NCBI GenBank assembly: GCA_963663235.2
Contig: CAXXNO010000004.1
Coordinates: 32,001 to 96,000, forward strand
Length of the DNA stretch: 64,000 nucleotides
Reading direction: 5' to 3'
Source: Dehalococcoidia bacterium
GTDB lineage: Bacteria; Chloroflexota; Dehalococcoidia; Bin125
Part shown: positions 17,293 to 27,169 of the stretch, one piece after another
How positions within the stretch are numbered: position 1 is the stretch's first letter
How the letters are laid out: each line of letters starts with the position of its first letter
Position numbers and translations under genes: made by a program
The notes under the pieces: generated by a model
The model's database searches: none
The model's input: only the letters and a program-made list of their open reading frames with translations
Told to the model about the DNA's origin: nothing

Positions 17293-17673
17293 GACCGTCT
17301 TGCGCTGAGTCGGGTCCTGCGACACGTAACAGTCTTGCACGTAGGCATCTTTGTCTCGGAAGTAGCGGAGCGCGCGCTCCCAGCGGCCTTCGAAGACGTC
17401 CGGATCCATCGGTTGGTTGTGTGGACCCCACCACACGTGCTCGGCGGTTTCCGGGACGCGGACGACGAACTTGTCCTTCGGGCTGCGACCGGTACGGGCG
17501 CCGCTGCGAACGGCGAAGGTGCCGCCCTGAAGGATCTTGCCCTCGCCGCGACGAATGGCGTGCTCATAGAGGACCGGTACGGAGAGATTGCGGTGCACGG
17601 TCCGCGCCTCAGCGGTGACGCGGTCACTGATGTGAGACGATTGATTCCGTTGCGATCGTTCGGCCAGCGTCAA
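17293..17673 (-). pseudogene. pckA: PEP carboxykinase (ATP) N-terminal part, truncated by IS6
   Basis: VHRNLSVPVLYEHAIRRGEG, TGRSPKDKFVV, VWWGPHNQP, YVQDCY; GGAGGAG RBS; ends at the IS6 IR. Confidence 0.9.
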
Positions 17674-17841
17674 CAGCCGCTACTCCTCCCGTCGGGGACA
17701 GCCGGAAGTCCTGACGGTGCCCGTACCAAAACTGAGTCGTCATCGCCCGCAGCTCTGGCGAGAATATACGATGCGCCCACCGAGTCGCTACACGCGAACC
17801 GCAGGCCGCCGCGTCGACAGATCCCCTCGCCTCGCGACGAA

Positions 17842-18639
17842 TCACTCACTGCCCACGCCGACGGGAGGTGCGGCCTGGCCCGCCATGAGCCCGCCGTCAA
17901 CTGACAGCGCCACACCGGTCACGAAGGAAGCAGCATCGGAACAGAGCCACACCACCACGTCCGCCACCTCCTCCGGCGTCCCGACGCGCCCCGTGGGCGT
18001 CATCTTCGCGTACAGCTGCGGGAGTGTGGGGTAAGTCACGAACATACGCTCGGCCATGGCGGTGTGAATGAAGCCCGGGCATACGGCGTTCACCCGGATC
18101 CCCTTGGAGGCGTACTCCAGCGCCGCCGTTTTCGTCAGGGAGACGACCCCGCTCTTCGCAGCGGCGTAGACCGATCCCTCGGGCCAGCCGACGAGCGCGG
18201 CGGCGGAGGCGGTGTTGACGATGGTCCCGCCGCCCTGCCGCAGCATCTGCCGAAGCTCGTGCTTCATGCCAAGCCACACGCCCTTGAGGTTGATGGCGTG
18301 CACGCGATCCCAGTCCTCCTCCTGTACATCGGCAATGAGATGCCCAGGCGTGCCCTCGATTCCGGCGTTGTTGAACGCGTAGTCAAGGCGTCCGTACGTC
18401 TCCACGGTCCGCGCGACCATCGCCTCGACGTCGGAAGCGCTGGCGACATCACAGCGCACGAACGTGGCGTCGCCGCCGTCGTCGCGGATGCGGCGAACGG
18501 TCTCCTCGCCTCCATCGACAGCCAGATCGGCGACTGTCACCTTGGCCTCTGTGCGTGCGAACAGGAGGGCACTCGCGCGCCCGATCCCTGAGCCAGCGCC
18601 GGTCACCAGGGCCACTTTCCCCTTCATCTGTCCCGCCAT
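17842..18639 (-). CDS. Short-chain dehydrogenase/reductase
   Basis: TGAGSGIG, NNAG, YAAAK, VNAVCPG, VDGG. Confidence 0.92.
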   Translation of the reverse strand: MAGQMKGKVALVTGAGSGIGRASALLFARTEAKVTVADLAVDGGEETVRRIRDDGGDATFVRCDVASASDVEAMVARTVETYGRLDYAFNNAGIEGTPGHLIADVQEEDWDRVHAINLKGVWLGMKHELRQMLRQGGGTIVNTASAAALVGWPEGSVYAAAKSGVVSLTKTAALEYASKGIRVNAVCPGFIHTAMAERMFVTYPTLPQLYAKMTPTGRVGTPEEVADVVVWLCSDAASFVTGVALSVDGGLMAGQAAPPVGVGSE

Positions 18640-18642
18640 CTT

Positions 18643-19581
18643 TTACACCTCCAGCAGCCCCGCCCCCCGGCGGGTGTGGTTGATCAGATCCCGGTAACCG
18701 TCGGTCAGACCTCGATGCTCACAGCCAAACTCCTCCCGGATGCGAGAATAGTCGATCAGGTAGGGGAGGTCTGACCGGCCGGTTGTCTCATCAAAGGAGA
18801 TCTGGGCCTCAGGAAGGAAGCGGTGGATCAACGACGCCATCTCCCAGTAGGAGAGAGTGTGGCCGCCCACGTTGTAGACCAAACGCCGCGGACTCTCGGC
18901 CGCCAAGAGGGTCACCACCGCATGAGCGACGTCCTCCACGTGCCCGACACAGACCTTGTCGGCGGCGGCAAAGGGAAGCCGCGCGGGCCTGCCCAGGGCG
19001 CACTCAACGGCGGCCACGTTCACTCCCCGTGCTCCCACTCGCCCGCCGGGCCCGTAGACCGCGGGAATGCGCAGGGAGACGACACTCATGTTGGCGCGCA
19101 TGTTGTAGACAGAGGCAACCGTCTCTCCCAGCCTCTTGCTCACGCCGTAGATGTCGGTCGTCAGGCTGGGACACTCCTCGTCGAGCAGGGTCTCGCCATG
19201 CAGCCACTGGGGCCCGTAGTAGTGGATGGAGCTGGGAAAGACTACTCGTCGCACGCCGGTCAGGCGGGCTGCCTCAAACAAGTCGACCGTCTCCGAGACC
19301 ATCGTCCGAACTTCTGTGCGAATTTCGTCGGCGTTCCCCGGAGCCGATATGAAAAACACCAGATGTGCGATGCGGTCAATGTCGTGCTCGCGGATGATCT
19401 CTGTCAGACGCTGGACGCTGGGCATGCCGCCGTCCAGCATCACCGTCCGATCGGCGACATCCGCCAGGCGCCCGGGTGTGCTCTTTAGGTCCAAGCAGAC
19501 CGCCGCCTGGCCGCTCGCTAGCAACTGACGGATGACCACTGCTCCAATGAAGCCTTTACCGCCGGTCACCAGAACCGCCAT
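18643..19581 (-). CDS. NAD-dependent epimerase/dehydratase (extended SDR)
   Basis: VTGGKGFIG, FPSS, YGVSK, VYGPG. Confidence 0.88.
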   Translation of the reverse strand: MAVLVTGGKGFIGAVVIRQLLASGQAAVCLDLKSTPGRLADVADRTVMLDGGMPSVQRLTEIIREHDIDRIAHLVFFISAPGNADEIRTEVRTMVSETVDLFEAARLTGVRRVVFPSSIHYYGPQWLHGETLLDEECPSLTTDIYGVSKRLGETVASVYNMRANMSVVSLRIPAVYGPGGRVGARGVNVAAVECALGRPARLPFAAADKVCVGHVEDVAHAVVTLLAAESPRRLVYNVGGHTLSYWEMASLIHRFLPEAQISFDETTGRSDLPYLIDYSRIREEFGCEHRGLTDGYRDLINHTRRGAGLLEV

Positions 19582-19613
19582 GGTTCCCCTTCCGGACACC
19601 GACCGTCTCGGCC

Positions 19614-20582
19614 TTACGGCACCACCACCAGTTTAACCTCAGGCCCGGCCGTTTGGCGGCGCCAGGCGGCCGTGATGTCCTTGAGCGGCACCCGCTCGAT
19701 CTCAAGGCGCAACCGCCCTGCAATCGCATGCGAGACCAGCCGTCGGTAGTGTTCCGCCCAAACGTCCGCCGGCACAGCGAAGTCGGAGAACCCCAGAAGC
19801 TCCAACTGCTTGCCGCGCACGGCAGCGGAAGTGATCGTTGCGGTCGCTCCAGCAGACTGGCCGAGATGCACAATGCGGGCGCGCGGGGCGGCGGCTTCCA
19901 GCGCCGCCGCCAGCGGCGGCCCCCAGAGCGGGTCAACGATCAGGTCTGGTCCTTGGCCGCCGCAGGCGTCTCGGAAGGCGGCTGCCAGGTCGGTCCCTGC
20001 CGCTAGTTGCACCGTGGCGTCAGCACCGACGTCCACGGTCCGCCTCAGGCGTTCCTCGTTGCGACCGGCCGCGACGATCCTCCCGGCACCCAAAATGCGC
20101 GCAGCCTGCACCGCCGTCATGCCGGTCACACCAGTCGCGCCCAGGACAAGGACCGTCTCGCCCGGGCGCAGCGGAGCGCGCCAGGCCAGGGGGAGCCAGC
20201 CGGCCATCCCGGCGGCGCCCAGCCCCGCGGCGACTGCGGGATCGGCACCCTCCGGCAGCGACACCAGGCGCGAGTCGCTGGCCATCACCGTGTCCGCCAT
20301 ACTGCCGTCTCGCCGGAGCCCCATGCCGTCGAGACCGGCCCACACGATGGCGCCGACGCTCTGAGCACCCGACTCCACGACCCGCCCCACCGCCTCCACC
20401 CCGGGCACGTAGGGGAGGGCCGGATGACCCCCATAGAACTGCCCACCGCCGATCGCGATATCGATCGGGTTCAGCGGCGCGGCGAGGACCTCCAGCAGGG
20501 CCTCACCCCGTTCGGGCGCCACCGTCGGAGCCTCGCCGACTGCAGGCGGGCGTCCGAGTACCGAGAGGAGAGCCGCCCGCAT
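19614..20582 (-). CDS. Medium-chain dehydrogenase/quinone oxidoreductase family
   Basis: AAPLNPID, PYVPGVEAVG, PGETVLVLGATGVTG. Confidence 0.88.
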   Translation of the reverse strand: MRAALLSVLGRPPAVGEAPTVAPERGEALLEVLAAPLNPIDIAIGGGQFYGGHPALPYVPGVEAVGRVVESGAQSVGAIVWAGLDGMGLRRDGSMADTVMASDSRLVSLPEGADPAVAAGLGAAGMAGWLPLAWRAPLRPGETVLVLGATGVTGMTAVQAARILGAGRIVAAGRNEERLRRTVDVGADATVQLAAGTDLAAAFRDACGGQGPDLIVDPLWGPPLAAALEAAAPRARIVHLGQSAGATATITSAAVRGKQLELLGFSDFAVPADVWAEHYRRLVSHAIAGRLRLEIERVPLKDITAAWRRQTAGPEVKLVVVP

Positions 20583-20842
20583 CAGGCGTCCACGCTTTCC
20601 CGTTGAGAGAGATTGATCCGCTCTACCATGACGTGCTCGCGCCGGTCTAACACGGCGGCTGGAGACCGTCAATTGATCGCCGGCGTCCGGTCTCAGGTCT
20701 CCCCATCGAGATCAAGGGAGTGACAGAGCGGTGCGGCGATGGCGCCCCATCGTGCCGCGCGTGAAGCGTGCTCTTTGTAGCGCGACCCACTATCCTTGCC
20801 GCCGGATGGGCCGGCGACACGAAGTCGGAAGGAGGAAGAGAC

Positions 20843-21256
20843 GTGGCAACAGAACTGAAAGGGATTACTCCCGCGGGCTGGAAGCGCGGGGGTGGATACC
20901 AGCACGCGATGGTGGTGGAGAACTGCAGCCGGATTGCCTATATCTCCGGTCAGGTCGAGGGTAGCGGCGGCCGGCCCGCCGCGGCTTTCTCGAAGGACAT
21001 GGCGTCGCAGTTCGCCAGCGCGCTCGCCAACTTCAAGACGGTGGTTGAGGCAACGGGCGGCACGGTCAGGGACATCACGTCCATGACTATTTACGTCACG
21101 GACGGCGAGAGTTATCGAGCCAACCAGAAGGCGATCGGAGAATCCTGGCGCCGTGAACTCGGCGATGTCTATCCGGCGGTGACGCTCGTGGGCGTCACGG
21201 AACTGTTCAACGTGGGAGCCAAAGTCGAGATCGAAGGCACGGTCGCCCTCGGCTGA
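20843..21256 (+). CDS. RidA/YjgF-family protein
   Basis: YISGQV, YPAVTLVGVTEL, KVEIEG; GGAGG RBS before GTG at 20843. Confidence 0.88.
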   Translation: MATELKGITPAGWKRGGGYQHAMVVENCSRIAYISGQVEGSGGRPAAAFSKDMASQFASALANFKTVVEATGGTVRDITSMTIYVTDGESYRANQKAIGESWRRELGDVYPAVTLVGVTELFNVGAKVEIEGTVALG

Positions 21257-21277
21257 CGCCGGAGAACGCACCGCCCG

Positions 21278-22360
21278 CTAGCGGCCGCTGGCCACCATCT
21301 CTACGCGGCCCGACGTGAGGTCGTCGATCCGTCGGCAGGCGGCCACGTGGGGCACGTTGCCGGCAGTCTGCTCCATCGGGAAGAGCTCCGGCGTCCACTG
21401 CTCGCACTCCGGCTCGGAGACGGGACAGCGAGAGTACAGCGGACAGCCGGGCGGCAGGTTGATCGGGCTGGGGATCTCGCCCTCCAGCGTATAGTGCGGC
21501 GCGCCGGCCTCGGGATCCGGATAGAGCACCGCGGAGAGCAACGAGCGTGTGTAGGGATGCACCGGCCGCTCGAAGATCACGTCGGTCGATGCAAACTCGA
21601 CGATCAAGCCGAGATACATCACCGCCACGCGGTGGCTGATGCTGCGCACGGCGGTCAGGTCATGCGAGATGAAGAGATAGGAAACGCCGAATTGCTGCTG
21701 CACTTCGCGCAGCAGTTCGATGATCTCCAGGCGTCCCCGGACATCGAGATTCGAGACGGCTTCATCGAGCACGATGAGGTCCGGCTTCATGACCAGCGAG
21801 CGGGCGATGGCGCAGCGCTGCTGCTGGCTGCCGGTCAAGGCCTCCGGGTGAGCCTCCGTCAGCGCCGCGGGGACGTGCACCGCGTCCAAGACCTCTTGGA
21901 TGCGGCTGTCTCGCTCCTCGCGCGATAGCTTGAAGCCCCGCACGGCATCGCGGAGGGCCTGTCGAATCGTCATGCGTGGATTCAGCGATGTGGACGGATC
22001 CTGGAAAACCATCTGGAGCTTGGGGCGCCAGCGCCGGAGCTCACTCCCCTGCATGTGGCTGATCTTCTTGTCCTCGTACCAGACCTCGCCGTAGGTCGGG
22101 TCCCAGAGACGAAGGATCAGCCGGCCCAGCGTCGTCTTCCCGGATCCGGATTCGCCTACCAAGCCGACGGTCTCGCCGCGGCCGATTGTGAGATCCACGC
22201 CTCCCACCGCGACAAGGTTCTCACGGCGCGAGATGCGAAAGTGCTTGGCGATGTTGCGCACATCGATGAGCGGCCGGCCGTTGGCGCCGGTGACGTCTGC
22301 GGACGCGGACTCCTGGTCCCCTGCTTCCAACGGCTGCTCCCCGGCTGATGCCTGCGTCAT
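21278..22360 (-). CDS. Dpp/Opp ABC transporter ATPase (DppF-like)
   Basis: GESGSGKTT, VFQDP, LDEAVS, ISHDL, HPYT, GEIPSP, GCPLYSRC. Confidence 0.92.
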   Translation of the reverse strand: MTQASAGEQPLEAGDQESASADVTGANGRPLIDVRNIAKHFRISRRENLVAVGGVDLTIGRGETVGLVGESGSGKTTLGRLILRLWDPTYGEVWYEDKKISHMQGSELRRWRPKLQMVFQDPSTSLNPRMTIRQALRDAVRGFKLSREERDSRIQEVLDAVHVPAALTEAHPEALTGSQQQRCAIARSLVMKPDLIVLDEAVSNLDVRGRLEIIELLREVQQQFGVSYLFISHDLTAVRSISHRVAVMYLGLIVEFASTDVIFERPVHPYTRSLLSAVLYPDPEAGAPHYTLEGEIPSPINLPPGCPLYSRCPVSEPECEQWTPELFPMEQTAGNVPHVAACRRIDDLTSGRVEMVASGR

Positions 22361-22377
22361 GACCTGCCTACCCGCTC

Positions 22378-23253
22378 CTAGGAACGACCAGCGCCCACCG
22401 TCCCCGTCTGCTCCGACCATGCGGCCGCCTGCTGGCGCTCAAGAATGGTGGCCCGCATCAGCTCCTGACTCACCGGATGCTCCGGACTCTTGAAGAACGT
22501 CCGCACGTCCGCATCTTCCACAATGCGACCCTCGCTCACCACGGCCACGCGGTCGCAGTAGTGCGCCACGATCCCGAGGTCGCGGGTCACAATCAACAGC
22601 CCCACATGCTCTTCACGGCACAAGCTGGAAAAGTCCTCCAGCAACTGCCGTTGAATCGTCACGTCGATGCCGGATGTCGGCTCGTCGGCCACGAGGAAGC
22701 GCGGCCGGTTCACCAGCGCCATCGCGACCAGGGCGCGTTGGGCCATCCCGCCGCTGAGCTCGTGCGGGTAGGCCTCGGCGCGGAGGTCCGCGTCGGGGAT
22801 CCCCACCCGGTCCAGCAACTCGATGGCCCGCGCCTGGGCCACCTTCTTGCTCACGCTGCCGTCGTGATCGCGCTGGACGCGCGCGATCTGCTTGCCCACC
22901 TTCATCAACGGGTCCAGGCGGGCACGCCCCCCGGGGAGCACCAACGCCAGATCCCGTCCCAGGATGGTCTGGCGCACCTCCGCGTTCATGGCGAGCAGAT
23001 CCTGGCCTTCGAACCGGATGGTGCCGCTACGCGCGACGACCGGCGGCCGCAACTGCCCGGCGATCGCATGCACGAGGAGTGACTTGCCCGCCCCCGCCTC
23101 GCCCACCAGACCAACGGCCTGGCCTGCATCGACTCGGAGGGCGATGTCCTCGATCATTGATTCGAAGGATCCGTCTGCGTGGGGGATCCCGACGGTCAGC
23201 CCTTCGATCTCAAGCACTGGCCGCCCTCGTCTCTGCCACTGCCCCAATGGCAC
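22378..23253 (-). CDS. Dpp/Opp ABC transporter ATPase (DppD-like)
   Basis: GEAGAGKS, YPHELSGGMAQR, ADEPT; H-loop reads TRD rather than THD. Confidence 0.9.
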   Translation of the reverse strand: MPLGQWQRRGRPVLEIEGLTVGIPHADGSFESMIEDIALRVDAGQAVGLVGEAGAGKSLLVHAIAGQLRPPVVARSGTIRFEGQDLLAMNAEVRQTILGRDLALVLPGGRARLDPLMKVGKQIARVQRDHDGSVSKKVAQARAIELLDRVGIPDADLRAEAYPHELSGGMAQRALVAMALVNRPRFLVADEPTSGIDVTIQRQLLEDFSSLCREEHVGLLIVTRDLGIVAHYCDRVAVVSEGRIVEDADVRTFFKSPEHPVSQELMRATILERQQAAAWSEQTGTVGAGRS

Positions 23254-24193
23254 CGCTCTCCCCGCGCTTCACCGTCCGCATTCGGGTCGCGATGTCCTGG
23301 GCAGCGAAGGCGAAAGTGAGCACCAGCACCCCCAGCGCGATCCCGGGGAACACCGACGGCCACCACTCGCCTGTGACCATGTTGCCCGCCCCGCGCGAGA
23401 TCATCCCACCCAGCTCCGGGGTAGTCACCGGCACGCCGGCGCCCACGAAGCTGAGGCTGGCGGTGAAGAGAACCACGAAACCCATGACCACGGGCATGGT
23501 GGCCAGGGTGGAGGCGACCGAGTTGGGTCCCAAATGCCGGAAGATGATCCACACGTTGGAGTGACCCAAGATCCGAGCCGCATCCGCGTAGGGTTGCTCG
23601 CGCGTGGTCAAGATCTCCGCGCGCGCCAGGCGCGCGAAGGCAGGCAGATTCACGATGGTCATCGCGATGATCACGTTTTGGGTGCTCTGTCCGGCCACCG
23701 CCACTAGCACCATGGCGAAGACGAAGATGGGGAACGACTGCAACACATCCTGAGCACGCATGATCAGCTCGCTGAGGAGGCTCGCCGCCCGGCCGCGTCC
23801 GACCGAATAGCCCGCAATCAAGCCCAACGGGACCCCAATGGCCACCGAGAGAAACGCGGCCACGAAGGCGATGACCAGATTGACCCGCGGCGATGCCAGG
23901 AGGCGGCTGAAGATATCGTGGCCCGAGGCGTCCGTCCCCAAGAGATGGCGGGCGTTCATCGGTTCCAGCGAATGAGTGGGGTCCAGCTCTTCTGGGCCCC
24001 AGCCGCAGCCGCAGCCGACGTCCTGGAGCCAGGGGCCGATAGACGGGCCGATCGCCGCGAGGAGGAAAAAGAAGATGAGGCCACCATAGATGACCGCCGT
24101 TCCAAGGCCCGGTTTCTTGAAGATCGCGCGGCCCACCCGGGCCAGCAGATGGCGTCGCTGGGCGAGCGCGGCGGGGGAGGTGACGCCGGTCAC
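23210..24193 (-). CDS. Dpp/Opp ABC permease (DppC-like)
   Basis: HLLGTDASGHDIFSR, FARLARA, IFRHLGPN, LSFVGAG, WWPSVFPG. Confidence 0.92.
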   Translation of the reverse strand: MTGVTSPAALAQRRHLLARVGRAIFKKPGLGTAVIYGGLIFFFLLAAIGPSIGPWLQDVGCGCGWGPEELDPTHSLEPMNARHLLGTDASGHDIFSRLLASPRVNLVIAFVAAFLSVAIGVPLGLIAGYSVGRGRAASLLSELIMRAQDVLQSFPIFVFAMVLVAVAGQSTQNVIIAMTIVNLPAFARLARAEILTTREQPYADAARILGHSNVWIIFRHLGPNSVASTLATMPVVMGFVVLFTASLSFVGAGVPVTTPELGGMISRGAGNMVTGEWWPSVFPGIALGVLVLTFAFAAQDIATRMRTVKRGESGAIGAVAETRAASA

Positions 24194-25230
24194 AGCCGCA
24201 CTCTCGGGTCGACGGCCGCGTGGGCGATGTCCACCACCAAGTAGGTGATCATGACCCACACGGCCGCCACCAGCATGAAGCTCTGGGCGGCGTCCCAGTC
24301 CGTCACCAGCACCGCATTGACGCCGTAGTTGCCGAAGCCGTTGAGCCCGAAGATCCGCTCCACCAGCACCGCCCCGCCCAGGAGGAAGCCGTAGATCACG
24401 CCGATGATCGTCAGGATCGGCGGCAAGGAGTTGCGGAGCTGGATAAACCGCACGGTCCCGCTCTTCAATCCCATGGCCTGCGCGTTCTCCACGTACTGGC
24501 TGCTGCGAATCTCCGCCATGGAGGCGACCACCATCTTCAAGATCGGCCCCCCGTAGACAAACACCAACGCGGCGACCGGTAAGACCAGATGCCCCACGTA
24601 CGACTTCAGCGCTGTCAAGTTCAGGTCGATGACCGAGTCAAGGAAAGGGAAGTACGTCACTGGGGGCGGCCTGACGCCAAAGGCGAAGGCGCCCGTCGGT
24701 TCCGGGGACACGCCCAGCGTGGCGTAAAAGATGAAGATCAGGATCAGTGCCAGCCAGAAATCCGCCAGCGATCCGGCCAGCAACCCGTAGAACCGCACGA
24801 CCCGCACGAGGTACTTGTCGACCACGGCCATCGGCCCCCGCTGTTTCGGCGCCGCCACCCGCACCCCCAAGGGGATCATGATCCCCAGGGCAACGACGAG
24901 GGAGATGGTGATCAGCTCTATCGTGGCCGGCAGGCGCTCCTTCAGGTCCTTCGACACCGGCTGTCCCGTGAACCACGAGTCCCCAAAGTCCCCCTGGACG
25001 AGATTCCCCACGTAGCGGATGTACTGAGTCACGAACGGGTCGTTATAGCCCCGCTCCTGCCGCAGCTCCTCGACCTTGGCGGGCGGGGAGAGCGGACCGG
25101 CGCGCGCCTGCGCGGGGTCGCCCGGCAGCAGCTGGAGCAACCCGAAGGCGATGAAGGTCACCAGCAACAGCTGCGGAACGAAAAAGAACAACCGCCGCCG
25201 AATGAAGGGTGACCGTAAGAGCGCCATCAC
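24190..25230 (-). CDS. Dpp/Opp ABC permease (DppB-like)
   Basis: LPGDPA, GDFGDS, LPATIEL, LRNSL, GAVLVERIF, DPRVR. Confidence 0.92.
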   Translation of the reverse strand: MMALLRSPFIRRRLFFFVPQLLLVTFIAFGLLQLLPGDPAQARAGPLSPPAKVEELRQERGYNDPFVTQYIRYVGNLVQGDFGDSWFTGQPVSKDLKERLPATIELITISLVVALGIMIPLGVRVAAPKQRGPMAVVDKYLVRVVRFYGLLAGSLADFWLALILIFIFYATLGVSPEPTGAFAFGVRPPPVTYFPFLDSVIDLNLTALKSYVGHLVLPVAALVFVYGGPILKMVVASMAEIRSSQYVENAQAMGLKSGTVRFIQLRNSLPPILTIIGVIYGFLLGGAVLVERIFGLNGFGNYGVNAVLVTDWDAAQSFMLVAAVWVMITYLVVDIAHAAVDPRVRL

Positions 25231-25700
25231 ACCACCACCTTGGGACCCGCTCGTTTCGCACGCCGGGTTCGCGCAGCAAAGTGAACCACTGGAACCGTCG
25301 GATCCTCGCTCTTCAGGGTTGCAAGCCTATCACAGTGAGCCCGGCATTCGGCAAGTGACGATCGCGCCGTTTCGAAGCGCCTCGCCCCATCATGCCACCG
25401 GCCCAAGATAGGCCATAAGGTAGGGGGCACTCGGTCCAGCCGCAACCCCGGCCGATCTGGGGTGACTGGGGAGCCCCGGCCCGCTCGACTCGGTCGTCAT
25501 CCGACCACCGCGAGACCGCGCACCCGGCCCAGGCGCCCCGCGTTGAACGCCAGGTCCGGCGGGCTTCGCCGTCGTCACGGGTCCCGCGTCCACCGGCCCG
25601 GACCCAGTCCGCCGCATTGACCACGGCAAGGATCTTGCGAGCGGACGGACCGCCCCCGCTCTCGCGGAGCGGCCCGGCCACCCCTCAATTGGACGCGCCC

Positions 25701-27095
25701 TCAAATTGTGGGGCGCCGCGTATGCCAATCGGTCACCTGCTGATAGGCATGGCCCACCTGCAGCGTCAGCGCGTCGGCCCACGGCCGACCCGCGATCTGC
25801 AGACCGATAGGCAGATTCTTATCGTCGAACCCGCAGGGTACCGACAGGGCCGGCTGGCCGGTGATGTTGAACGGCGACGTGCAGTGGATAGCGGCCGGCA
25901 GCACGAAGTCTTCCCAGCCGTCCGGAGCGTTGTAGGTTTCCTGGTCCGGCTTGAACGCGGTGCCCGGAGTCGTAGGCGTGAGTAGAGCGTCGATGCCAGT
26001 GTCGTTGTACATGCGCTTCATGTCGACGATGAGCCGGCTGCGGTAGCGCTTGGCGTTGAGGTAATCGGTCGCCAGGATGAACTCCCCAGCCAGGATCAGC
26101 GCGCGAACGTCATCCGTGTACTGGTCCTTTTGCCGCCGCATCCGCGCCTGGTGATAGGCGGAGCCTTCGGCCAGCCAGATGGCGAAGGCTGCGGGCTTGG
26201 CCAGATCCCAGGACTCCGGGATCGTCACTTTGCGCACCTCCGCGCCGAGCTTGGCGATCTCATCGACCGCCGCGTCGACGGCAGCCTGGACCTCAGGGAA
26301 GTGGCTCGGAAAGTAATTCGTAGGCACGCCGAACGTCAGCCCCTTCACGCCCCGGCCCAGGTTGGCGGTGTAGTCCTCCGTGGGGACCTTGGAGGTGCTG
26401 ATGTCGAGGTCGGTGTGGCCGGCCAGGACGTTCATCGCCAGCGCGACATCCTCCGCCGTGTGGCACATGGGCCCCGTGTGGTCGGTGGACCAGGACAGCA
26501 CTGCGACGCCGTCCTTGGGCACGCGCCCGAAAGTGGCCTTGATCCCCGAGAGTCCGTTGAAGCAGGTGGGAATCCGGATCGAGCCGCCGGTGTCCGTACC
26601 GAGGCCGAACGGAACCTGTCCTGCGGCGACCGCCGCGCCGGTCCCACCGCTGGAGCCGCCGGGGAAATGCGCGGTATTCCAGGGGTTCCGCACGGGTGGG
26701 GTGGCGGCACCGTAGGCGAACTCGTGGGTCCGCGTCTTCCCGAGGAGGACAGCGCCGGCCTCCCGAAGCCGGCCGACGCAGGTGCAGTCGCGATCCGGGA
26801 CACGGCCCGCCAGCACCTTGGACGACGATCGCGTCTCGACGCCGGCGCTGTCGTATAGATCCTTGGCGCCGAACGGCACGCCGTCCAAGGGGCCCAGGCT
26901 GGCGCCCTGCTTGCGACGCGCATCGGAGGCATCCGCCTCGGTGAGGGCTCTTTCGCCGCAGAGGGTTTCCCACGCCTTCAGCTCAGCGTCCGTCTCTGCG
27001 ATCCGGTCCAGGCAGCGCTGGACAATCTCCCGGCTGGAGGCCTCACCCGCCGCCAGCGCGCGCCCCAACTCCTGCACCGTGCGATATTCAGCCAT
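25701..27095 (-). CDS. Amidase signature family (GatA/AtzE-like) #2
   Basis: GAKD, LGKT, GGSSGG, GTDTGGSIRIP (Lys-cisSer-Ser triad), LPIGLQ. Confidence 0.93.
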   Translation of the reverse strand: MAEYRTVQELGRALAAGEASSREIVQRCLDRIAETDAELKAWETLCGERALTEADASDARRKQGASLGPLDGVPFGAKDLYDSAGVETRSSSKVLAGRVPDRDCTCVGRLREAGAVLLGKTRTHEFAYGAATPPVRNPWNTAHFPGGSSGGTGAAVAAGQVPFGLGTDTGGSIRIPTCFNGLSGIKATFGRVPKDGVAVLSWSTDHTGPMCHTAEDVALAMNVLAGHTDLDISTSKVPTEDYTANLGRGVKGLTFGVPTNYFPSHFPEVQAAVDAAVDEIAKLGAEVRKVTIPESWDLAKPAAFAIWLAEGSAYHQARMRRQKDQYTDDVRALILAGEFILATDYLNAKRYRSRLIVDMKRMYNDTGIDALLTPTTPGTAFKPDQETYNAPDGWEDFVLPAAIHCTSPFNITGQPALSVPCGFDDKNLPIGLQIAGRPWADALTLQVGHAYQQVTDWHTRRPTI

Positions 27096-27169
27096 CGCGC
27101 ACCCCTCTCATCAATGCCAGCGTCCGGAGCGCCGGGCGCCGGTGTCCTACAGACAGCTCCTCCGCTCCA

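Noticed and set aside
25231-25700. Riboswitch or ribozyme upstream of dppB
   Set aside because: GC-rich pairing is possible, but no known aptamer consensus is recognisable; needs an Rfam scan.
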